DNA of 64,000 nt from an uncultured Chlamydiae bacterium (GTDB lineage Bacteria; Chlamydiota; Chlamydiia; Chlamydiales; JAJFMB01): assembly GCA_963696295.1 (NCBI GenBank), contig CAVOJR010000001.1, positions 1,920,001-1,984,000 of the forward strand, given 5' to 3'. This document shows, in pieces, positions 1 through 7,776 of this stretch. Made by a program: the position numbers and the translations under genes. The notes under the pieces were generated by a model that did not search any database, was not told the DNA's origin, and saw only the letters and a program-made list of their open reading frames with translations. Every line of letters begins with the position of its first letter. The first letter of the stretch is position 1.

Positions 1-30
1 TACAATTTATTTGAAAATATACTATAATGA

Positions 31-1599
31 ATGAAAACCGGAGCATTTATGTATTATCTTTTATTTTTCCTGCTCTTTTTCAGTTTTGCCGAGGCCCAGG
101 AAGGGGGCTTTCCGGTAGAATTCGTCAATCAGACCCAGATCGCAAGCGATGATAATATCTTCATCACAATCAAAGGGTTAGATGTAAAAAACGGAACCCC
201 CTGCTTTATCGCCATCCAATCTGACGGCAGCGGGGTTTGCCAGCCTCTAAAGGACGATGCCCAGTCTTCCGATTTCTCTTTTAGATTATCAGACTTAAAA
301 AAAAGGGGTGTTCTGCTTCCCTATCTCGCCTCCGGCCGGATCTATATTTCCATCGGGCAGCCGATGCAGTTTGAAATCACCTCCGGGGATATTATCGACG
401 CCGACGGCTTTAAGCCGCGCGACCCCAACTACTACACCCTCTACGACAAAGTGGAGTTCAGCTATATGCCAAACGGCGGTACCTGGATGAATCCGACCGC
501 TGTGGACTTCTTCTCTATCCCCATCCGCATCGAGCAGCCGGGATCTGAAGTGTATCAGGCGACGGGAATAGCGGCTAGAAGGGCCGATGCGATCCGTCAG
601 ATTCAGACTATATTTCAAGTAGAGGACGCCACCCTTACAAAAGAATGGCAGAAGCTTTTCTTGACCTATACTGACCGGAATGGCCAGACAACTCTTTTGC
701 GCATGATGGCGCCCGGCAAGGCGATGATTCAGGGGGTTCCAGGTACTCATCCGATGGATGAGCATTATCTCGACACCTATGTCGATCAGTTATGGGAATA
801 CTATAGCACAAACACCATCGGCATTGATTGCAGCGAACTGCAGGGGGCCGGCGTTAATCTTAAGGATTATGTTTTTGTCGGCCAGGTGCAGGGGAATAAT
901 TTCATCTTCACCAACCGCAGCGATCCGTTGAATAAGATTGTGATTCCAAAGCCTTCAAACTCAATACCTTGGTTTGCCGGTGCGCAAGGGGTATTCGATG
1001 CTCCGAACAATACCCCGAAAGCAATCATTGTGCGGCAGCTCACTTCGGCCTTTGATGTGGGGCTGCTTCCAGCGGCGGACGAAGCCGTCGTGAACCGCGC
1101 TTACTTTGATGAGCAGCGGCCAAATTTCTACACGAAAAATCCCTTGCTGCCCGATTCGAAAACAGGGCCCTGGTTCGACCTCTATTCGATGGGTCTGCAT
1201 AGCTTTGGGAATGAGCAGCCCATTTATTCCTTTGCCTATGACGACGCCTTGGGGCAGGACGGCACTTTGCACGACCCCAAAGCCACAAAGGCCGTGATCA
1301 CCATAGGCGATATGAGCGGCACGCCGATCCCTCAACCCCTTCAGGATGACCGCATCTATTCCGTCACTGTCAGCATAGGAGATGGAAGCCGGGTGGTGTA
1401 TCAGGGAAAAGCCCTTGAGTCAGGAGCTCAATTGGAAGATATCGCTGTTCCTTTGCAGGTTGAGCTGAATGGGCAGCCCGCCTCCATCTATTTCGATCCG
1501 CCGGTTGTGCTGCCACCCTTTAAAGCGGCCGACGGCATAGTGGTGGAGAAGACGGGCGAAGGTGCGGTTACCGTGGCCTTTCCCGGCCTTCCGCGATAG
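31..1599 (+). CDS. Secreted beta-1,3-glucanase, GH64-like
   Basis: Signal peptide (YLLFFLLFFSFAEA); SGRIYIS, YDKVEFSY, MNPTAVDFFSIP and YSFAYDD motifs recalled from GH64. Start may be the second Met. Confidence 0.8.
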   Translation: MKTGAFMYYLLFFLLFFSFAEAQEGGFPVEFVNQTQIASDDNIFITIKGLDVKNGTPCFIAIQSDGSGVCQPLKDDAQSSDFSFRLSDLKKRGVLLPYLASGRIYISIGQPMQFEITSGDIIDADGFKPRDPNYYTLYDKVEFSYMPNGGTWMNPTAVDFFSIPIRIEQPGSEVYQATGIAARRADAIRQIQTIFQVEDATLTKEWQKLFLTYTDRNGQTTLLRMMAPGKAMIQGVPGTHPMDEHYLDTYVDQLWEYYSTNTIGIDCSELQGAGVNLKDYVFVGQVQGNNFIFTNRSDPLNKIVIPKPSNSIPWFAGAQGVFDAPNNTPKAIIVRQLTSAFDVGLLPAADEAVVNRAYFDEQRPNFYTKNPLLPDSKTGPWFDLYSMGLHSFGNEQPIYSFAYDDALGQDGTLHDPKATKAVITIGDMSGTPIPQPLQDDRIYSVTVSIGDGSRVVYQGKALESGAQLEDIAVPLQVELNGQPASIYFDPPVVLPPFKAADGIVVEKTGEGAVTVAFPGLPR

Positions 1600-2512
1600 A
1601 GCCTAACTGGTTCCACCTTTTTTCGATCAACTCCTTATACCTTTTTTGTCTGTCGAGTGAAAGAAAACTGTGATCAATTAGATCCTTCCACTTTCCCAAA
1701 GCATTTTTAAGCAAGTGCAGTTCATTTTCAAGCAGTAGTTTTGGAAGGTTAAGTCTCTCAGCTCCAAAATAATCCACTAGGTCGGCATATTGTAGTCTGC
1801 TTTTTTTCCCCCGAATGGGAAGGGCGATCTCTTCTGTAGCTTTCAAGACAATGGTCGTATTCACTAGATCATAGGCGGGACTTAAAGTCACTTTGCTGCC
1901 TTTTCTGATTAATGAAAAGTTTTTGAGATGCATATCTTCATTGCCCACCAAAAAGTTAAAAATCACTAAGCGAAAAAGTTTTGCCTTTTCAACAGAGGGA
2001 AAGGTGCAGTGTTTCTCAATCACCGAGATGACCTTTTCCATACTGGATTCATACTTGGTATCGCGTGAACAGCCGAGCAGCTGGGAGAAGTCTTCAGTCG
2101 CTACTTTTTTCCCCTTTGGCAGACGGTCGAATCTTTTGATGAAGTAACTCAGCGATCCATCGATATTGTACATGAGGCCATGCAACGGCACCTCAATTTC
2201 TACCCATTTGGCGAGTTTCATGGTCAGATCTTCGTTTTCAGGCAGCTCTTCGTAAATCTGGTGAGGAGGTTTAATGATAAATCTCCCGCCGGTCTCTACC
2301 ACTTCAAAAACCTCATTTGCCGCATTTAGAATAGCGCTTAATTTGGGTTGCACCCCTTGAATGGATAGTTTAGAGGCTAATTCGATAGCCATTTGAATTT
2401 GTTCTTTTGGCGTGTAGGGAAAATCGCATAAATTATTTATTCCCAATAAAGACATTCCTTTAGTTGAATATCTGTTCTCTCCACACTCTTCATAAGTGAT
2501 TGGGCATCTCAT
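1568..2512 (-). CDS. hipT: HipA-family kinase toxin (HipT-like, kinase domain only)
   Basis: LSIQGVQPKL Gly-loop, NEDLTM, KRFDR, EDFSQL, GNEDMHLKNFS, LSPAYD; lacks the HipA N-terminal domain. Confidence 0.88.
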   Translation of the reverse strand: MRCPITYEECGENRYSTKGMSLLGINNLCDFPYTPKEQIQMAIELASKLSIQGVQPKLSAILNAANEVFEVVETGGRFIIKPPHQIYEELPENEDLTMKLAKWVEIEVPLHGLMYNIDGSLSYFIKRFDRLPKGKKVATEDFSQLLGCSRDTKYESSMEKVISVIEKHCTFPSVEKAKLFRLVIFNFLVGNEDMHLKNFSLIRKGSKVTLSPAYDLVNTTIVLKATEEIALPIRGKKSRLQYADLVDYFGAERLNLPKLLLENELHLLKNALGKWKDLIDHSFLSLDRQKRYKELIEKRWNQLGSIAEGRERPR

Positions 2513-2820
2513 TCAACACCTTCTATGGTCACATTGCCGACGAGATCTTTTCCGACTACAATCAATTGTCCAAGAAAGTCGTTTTTATCCAATTTTGTTT
2601 GACGCAGCAGCCCATCTAACATCACTCCTTCAGGCAATAATCCTTCGAAGAAAGGGGGAAATCGGTCGAATAGATAAGGTGATTTGGAAAGGGGCATTTC
2701 TAAAGAAACGGAAGGGCCGCTGTATTCGGGCAAATAGGTGAATATATATGATTGGCCCCGTTTCTCCTCTTGCAGCTCGCCGGCAAGCACACCGTCCACA
2801 TAGACTTCAGCTTTCTTCAT
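2509..2820 (-). CDS. hipS: Stand-alone HipA N-terminal domain protein (HipS-like)
   Basis: YIFTY..Y, VSLEMPL, PFFEGLLPEG; 4-nt overlap with the kinase gene. Confidence 0.85.
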   Translation of the reverse strand: MKKAEVYVDGVLAGELQEEKRGQSYIFTYLPEYSGPSVSLEMPLSKSPYLFDRFPPFFEGLLPEGVMLDGLLRQTKLDKNDFLGQLIVVGKDLVGNVTIEGVE

Positions 2821-3043
2821 TTTGCTCCTTAAAGAGATCCATCAACGGACTTTGAAATTCAATTTTAATATTTAAGACATGGAGCACCTTCAAAAGAGTT
2901 TCGAGTTGCACCGTCAATTTCCCCTTTTCAATATCAAAAACAGCCGTTTTGCCAAGTCCGCCGAGCTTTGCCAGTCCCTCTTGAGACAATCCGCTTTGTT
3001 TGCGATGGTAGCGCACCATTTTCCCAATTTTCTTGATATCCAT
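2807..3043 (-). CDS. hipB: XRE HTH regulator (HipB-like)
   Basis: RKQSGLSQEGLAKLGGLGKTAVFDIEKGK HTH; first gene of the hip operon. Confidence 0.85.
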   Translation of the reverse strand: MDIKKIGKMVRYHRKQSGLSQEGLAKLGGLGKTAVFDIEKGKLTVQLETLLKVLHVLNIKIEFQSPLMDLFKEQNEES

Positions 3044-3046
3044 AAA

Positions 3047-3207
3047 TTACCGCTTTAACAGTAAAAATAGCTGATTTCAACCAATATGTCACTCTTTTTA
3101 AGCTTTTTTGCTGAAAAATACCGCTGAAACAGTAAAAAATGGAATATTCTATGAAATATTATGATGTTTAGGTTGATTTAGCGTTATCTTTACCGCTATG
3201 CCGGGTA
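3047..3207. promoter_or_regulatory. Three putative HipB operators, (T/A)TACCG-N6-CAGTAA type
   Basis: TTACCGctttaaCAGTAA at 3047, ATACCGctgaaaCAGTAA at 3118, TTACCGctatgcCGGGTA at 3190, directly upstream of hipB. Confidence 0.65.
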
Positions 3208-3485
3208 CTTTGTATTCATTCTAAATTGACTGCTCCGCTTGGGAAGTCGATCCGAGTTCAGCAAAAGTCTAAAGGATGAATGGACAATGCTGAAAGTTAA
3301 GGAAAATCGTTACTCTCGGCACAAAAGAAGTTGCTGAAGCTCATAAGAGCTACCTTAAGGGGAAGGGCTACAACACGCTAAGTTTTTGGTCAATCCGGTA
3401 AAAAAGTATTGCAGGTAATGAGGGAAAATGGCTTGGTTCAGGGAAAAGAGGGTGGTGTGTGATTCCCTGCAATCTAGGTTGAATT

Positions 3486-4187
3486 TTGCCAATATTTCTA
3501 ATTGCCTTATTGCTTTTTTTCGGAGAGGTTCGGGGGAATAATGAGTTCCTTCTGCCAGAGAAACATCCATTGCATGAAAAACTAAAAGAGCTGTTTGTCG
3601 ATCCTCAAATGTTTGAATCAGCGGAAAACTGGCAAAACGCCGGATTTCAGTTGAAATTTGGCCATCGCCACCTGATGATTGGCGAGCACCCGTCTATTCC
3701 AGGCTATCTTATCAAGAAATTTCCCGATACGACATCAAGAGAATTTCAAATTGAGAATTTCATGAAGCGTATTAATGGCGCGAATACTTTAAGAAAATTT
3801 ATTAAGGAACATAAATTCAAGCGCTTCCAGGTTCCGGAAAAATGGCTTTATGAACTCCCTGAGGTTTTTAATCAGGGTGAAACCAAGGGGTATGTTTTAG
3901 TTGTAAAAAAAATGGATATTTGTGTTAAAGAAAACAGAACGCAGTATTACAACATGGATAAAAAAACCCTGAGTCATCTTTGCAGGATTATACTTCAAGT
4001 GGGCGGTATCGATGCCCGTCCGCGAAATATTCCTTTCACACACTCCGGAAAAATTGCCTTCATCGACACAGAACATGTGGGGAATAAAAAAGCCAGCTTT
4101 TTCAAGTATACGCTTCCAAAACTGAACAAAAAGAATCAAAAGTATGCTAAAGAATTATGGACCAACTTGGAGAATAAACAGAAGTAA
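3486..4187 (+). CDS. Secreted atypical kinase-like protein
   Basis: Hydrophobic N-terminus; YLIKKF, DARPRN and IAFIDTE resemble the kinase Lys, DxxxxN and DFG-equivalent motifs. Confidence 0.5.
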   Translation: MPIFLIALLLFFGEVRGNNEFLLPEKHPLHEKLKELFVDPQMFESAENWQNAGFQLKFGHRHLMIGEHPSIPGYLIKKFPDTTSREFQIENFMKRINGANTLRKFIKEHKFKRFQVPEKWLYELPEVFNQGETKGYVLVVKKMDICVKENRTQYYNMDKKTLSHLCRIILQVGGIDARPRNIPFTHSGKIAFIDTEHVGNKKASFFKYTLPKLNKKNQKYAKELWTNLENKQK

Positions 4188-4290
4188 TCTTTGTCTAAAA
4201 ACTCGAAATAATGTGAGGATATCCGCATCCTCCCAATGTGATGGATCGATATTGTCTTCTGAATGGGATATTTTCTTGATACTGAGCTCA

Positions 4291-5124
4291 ATGAAATTAT
4301 TTTACTCTTTTCTTTGTTTGACCCTGACTGTTTTCTCATTCCATGCAGCACATGGGGTGGATATTGTTTGGAATGGAGTCACTTATGATGATGAAACTGT
4401 TTCTCAGTTAATCACAGTGATCACTTCGACCAGCCCAATCCCCACCCATCCAACAACGAAACATATATATCCTGCTCAAAAAAGCCTTTTTCAAATTCCA
4501 GCCTTGGCTCGTTGTAGAAAAATTATCACTTTTGATGCTGTGCGAAATCCTGATGAACAGAGTGAGGAAAATTATGAACAGTATAAACAGAATATGATCA
4601 AATTAACTGAAACTGATCCCTATTTTTCCAATACCGATCTTGTATTTTGCTCTTCTTGGGGATGTCTTTCCGGGACAGTGAAAGAGGCGATGAAATATGT
4701 TAATACTCCATTTGTTTTTATTCATCAGCATGATTTAGTTGTAAAAAAATGGTTTGACCTCAATGGAGTAATTGCCACCATGGTTGCAAATCCCAATATT
4801 AAATATGTCCAGTTCTCACAATCCAGCAACAGGAAAAGGCCTGTAGATGAAGTAATTGAAGGAGACCATTTTGTTCCATTATGCCGTTCTTTTGGCTGGT
4901 CAGATATGTGCCATGTCGCATCTGTAGATTATTACGAGAATTTTGTACTTCCACAATGTAACAACACCTTTATGGATTTGGTTTTACAGCCTGCTCTTAA
5001 GAATTCTGTGAAAAAATTAGGAAAAGATGAAGGGCATCGTCCCTTTGGATCTTATCTTTATGGTAATTTAAGCGATGGCTGTTTCATTTACCATTCTCAC
5101 GGAGCGCGCGGTAATATTGAATAA
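4291..5124 (+). CDS. Exported GT-A-like glycosyltransferase-type protein
   Basis: Likely start MKLFYSFL (signal peptide) within ORF 4144-5124; ITVITSTSP, IITFDA and VNTPFVFIHQHD resemble GT-A fold strands. Confidence 0.45.
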   Translation: MKLFYSFLCLTLTVFSFHAAHGVDIVWNGVTYDDETVSQLITVITSTSPIPTHPTTKHIYPAQKSLFQIPALARCRKIITFDAVRNPDEQSEENYEQYKQNMIKLTETDPYFSNTDLVFCSSWGCLSGTVKEAMKYVNTPFVFIHQHDLVVKKWFDLNGVIATMVANPNIKYVQFSQSSNRKRPVDEVIEGDHFVPLCRSFGWSDMCHVASVDYYENFVLPQCNNTFMDLVLQPALKNSVKKLGKDEGHRPFGSYLYGNLSDGCFIYHSHGARGNIE

Positions 5125-5266
5125 TGTCACTCTTTTGCTGAAAAATACCGCTACTGCAGTAAAAAAGGGAATATTCTATGAAATATTGTTATATTTTCCG
5201 CTATGGCAGTTGTGGCATCAATCCACACCAAATGAGCGTAAAAGGTGCTTTGTATTCGTTCTAAAT
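5123..5266 (+). repeat. Degenerate direct copy of the hipB upstream region (~3086-3226)
   Basis: Shared blocks atgtcactctttt, ttttgctgaaaaataccgct, cagtaaaaaa.ggaatattctatgaaatatt and ctttgtattc.ttctaaat. Confidence 0.8.
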
Positions 5267-5342
5267 CCACTCACTGCCCCCCTCTTTCTTGTATAGAGGA
5301 CCAATTTGAGATGGGAGCGTCAGTTGCGGCTCTTCAGAAAAT

Positions 5343-6176
5343 GGACATGACGTTATTCTTTCAAGTTTTAGATCTTGCCTCGAAAGAAAAAGCAGTGGTG
5401 ATAAGTCGTTTGGAGTTGCTATCTCCTACCGATTTAAAAAAGACAAAAAAGGGTGGATACTCTTTCTAACAACCTCTCGAGCTCAACCGGAAAAGGTAAC
5501 AAAAGAGGGTATAGGAGCCATTGGAGTCGATATTAATGCCAACCATTTGGCCTTCGCCGAGACAGATCGATTCGGGAATATCATCAATAAAGGAGTTCTC
5601 CCCTTAAATACTTATGGAAAGGACAAAAACCAAACTTTAGCTGTTATTGGGGATGTCTCTGCTCTGTTAGTTTCATTGGCAGTCGAAACAAAAAAGCCGA
5701 TCATTCTTGAAAAGTTAGATTTTCAAAAGAAGAAGATGACTCTTAAAGAAGAGTCCAGCAAAAAGCAATCGAGACTCCTTTCCTCTTTTTGCTATCGAAA
5801 AATTCTTGAGCGATTGCAGTCAAGAGCCTGGGCGTCCGGTGTGAGTTGTTATCTGGTCAATCCGGCTTTTACCTCGATAATCGGTTTTGTTAAATTTTCA
5901 AATAGGTACGGACTTTCAACACATCAAGCGGCGGCATTTTGTATTGCACGCCGCTATTTAGGATTTTCTGAAGAACCTCCCAAAGCCATATGTAAAATAT
6001 CTGACGGCAAAAACTCCCAGGTCACTTTACGCCTACCTGTAAGGAATCGGCGCAAACATGTCTGGGTTGTTTGGGGATTAGTAAAACGGAAAGTACGAGT
6101 GGCGCTTGCAGCGCATTTCCAAACGATAAATAGTCGATCCTCTGATCCTCCTTTAAAAAATCGGTCAGTGAGATAG
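5343..6176 (+). pseudogene. tnpB: 5'-truncated TnpB-related (IS200/IS605/IS607) RuvC protein
   Basis: Frame is open from 5310 with no start before 5547: AISYRFKKDKKGW, AIGVDINANHLA (RuvC-I), IILEKLDF (RuvC-II), VNPAFTS, HQAAAFCIARR; N-terminal half absent. Confidence 0.8.
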
Positions 6177-6294
6177 TATTTTTGGAAATTGTTGGTGAGA
6201 TTCCAGCACACGAATCGTTAGCAAAACTGCTTGGCTGGCGTTCTCTCCTTTCTTCTCTTAAATGAGCAGATTTGGATAGATATTTAGGAGCGGT
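6177..6294 (+). ncRNA. Candidate omegaRNA / right end of the TnpB element
   Basis: Hairpins TGTTGG/CCAGCA (6190-6208) and CGTTAGC/GCTGGCG (6216-6240) with G-U pairs, directly 3' of tnpB. Confidence 0.4.
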
Positions 6295-6430
6295 CTTTGA
6301 ACACCCGTTTATAGATCAGGTCGAGCAGCTGGTTGTGGCCTTATTAGGATCAATATTAATATTAGACATAGATATCGGCAACTACATCAAAATAATGGTA
6401 ATATTATATAAATAATATGTATATAATTAT

Positions 6431-6829
6431 TTATTTAATAAGCTGAAAGGTGGTGTTCGCTGCATCTTTATCAAAGGTGTATGTGTATTTGCACTCATTG
6501 CTTGCGTTTTGTCTGCCTATCAAACAGTCAGGAAAATCCGCTTTGGCACTGCTCTCGTAATCACGCAAAGCCTGCCAGGCAATATCGTCTTGTTCGATAA
6601 CTATCTGCCTTGTTTCCAACAGGGAAGTAAATATGGAGATAAGCTCTTTTTTGGTTAACTTATAACACCTTTGCAGAACCCAGAAAATTTCACATAAAGT
6701 AATTTGGCAAATCCAAAGTGATTCACCGTTTTTTAGACAATTTTCTATGCATTGATTGGCTAATTTTGATTGTTTAGGGTCATCTTGAACCAGAAAACGA
6801 ACGACCACGTTAGTATCTAAACCAATCAT
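6431..6829 (-). CDS. vapC: PIN-domain toxin VapC
   Basis: MIGLDTNVVVRFL, LCE, ADFPDCLI, YTFD acidic motifs. Confidence 0.9.
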   Translation of the reverse strand: MIGLDTNVVVRFLVQDDPKQSKLANQCIENCLKNGESLWICQITLCEIFWVLQRCYKLTKKELISIFTSLLETRQIVIEQDDIAWQALRDYESSAKADFPDCLIGRQNASNECKYTYTFDKDAANTTFQLIK

Positions 6830-7062
6830 TTGCTGGATCCATCTGAAATGGCTTTTTTCATGTCCGCCAATGATGCAGGTTTTCGACGTTTACTTTTAAC
6901 GATACCTTTCAGTTCAGATACATCTTTGGAAACAAGATGCACGACTAAAGTATCTTCATCAATGATTTCGAAATCGAGTTTGGAGCCTGGAACAATCTTG
7001 AATTTATGACGGATCAAGTGAGGGATTGTTACCTGCCCTTTACTGGTTACAAGTGCCTTCAT
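6826..7062 (-). CDS. vapB: AbrB/MazE/SpoVT-type antitoxin
   Basis: VTSKGQVTIP..IR....I.PG motif; 4-nt overlap with vapC. Confidence 0.88.
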   Translation of the reverse strand: MKALVTSKGQVTIPHLIRHKFKIVPGSKLDFEIIDEDTLVVHLVSKDVSELKGIVKSKRRKPASLADMKKAISDGSSK

Positions 7063-7067
7063 ACTTT

Positions 7068-7106
7068 TCCTTACTATTCTAAAATATCCTTACTTTAGTG
7101 TAAGGA
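7068..7106. promoter_or_regulatory. Putative vapBC operator
   Basis: Palindrome TCCTTAC-N6-GTAAGGA (7087-7106) plus a half site TCCTTAC at 7068, next to the vapB start. Confidence 0.65.
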
Positions 7107-7200
7107 AATTCACCTTTTTAGTCAATAATAGCTGAACATGCCCGGATATTTTCACAATATTCCCCGGGAAAAATGTGAATTGAATTCCCAGATTGAGATG

Positions 7201-7656
7201 TTAAATCTCATTAGGGTCATCAGTAGGTGTATGCAAATTAGTCTCTTCAACATCAGGATCAGGGGTGCCAATGGATAATCTGGAAGCCTTTTGATGCAAA
7301 TCTGTTAAGTAATCCAGCTCTTTTTCGGTATGAGGACCTGGAAACGATGCCAGAATTTCGTCTCTTAAAGCGGTGATGGCCCCATTATCGTCAGAAATTT
7401 GTTTTGTTCTGTCTCCAAGTTTCGCTGCCAAGTCGTCATACTGGTTTTGCAACGGTATATATTTATCCGGGACATCAGGGGATTTAACCAAGCGATTGTC
7501 CATATACACCACATCTGCATCTGTCATCGATTCCATCGCAACTTTTGCTGTTTTTGCCTTTATCTCTTTTCCACCCCCCGCTTTAGTCATATCAGGGGTA
7601 ATGGGTCTGAAATTTGTAGCTGTACTCTCTGAACCTCCTGTAACGTCTTTAACCAT
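7201..7656 (-). CDS. Hypothetical protein
   Basis: 151-aa ORF with GGAGG RBS and a Ser/Thr/Gly-rich N-terminus. Confidence 0.65.
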   Translation of the reverse strand: MVKDVTGGSESTATNFRPITPDMTKAGGGKEIKAKTAKVAMESMTDADVVYMDNRLVKSPDVPDKYIPLQNQYDDLAAKLGDRTKQISDDNGAITALRDEILASFPGPHTEKELDYLTDLHQKASRLSIGTPDPDVEETNLHTPTDDPNEI

Positions 7657-7776
7657 AATACACCTCCATATAATACTTATTATAACGCAGTAAATGATAA
7701 AAATAGCGATAAATTAAATTAATTTTTAATTAAAATTGGTGTTGAATTTTAATAGTTATTTATTTATAATGTTTTT

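Noticed and set aside
3290..3360. UvrA C-terminus-like peptide (KIVTLGTKEVAEAHKSY)
   Set aside because: Too short and weak to support
5245..5469. 74-aa ORF
   Set aside because: Overlaps the TnpB remnant in another frame that carries the recognisable motifs
5343..6176. Cas12f / type V CRISPR effector
   Set aside because: Truncated, with no array or cas1/cas2; better explained as an IS-derived TnpB remnant
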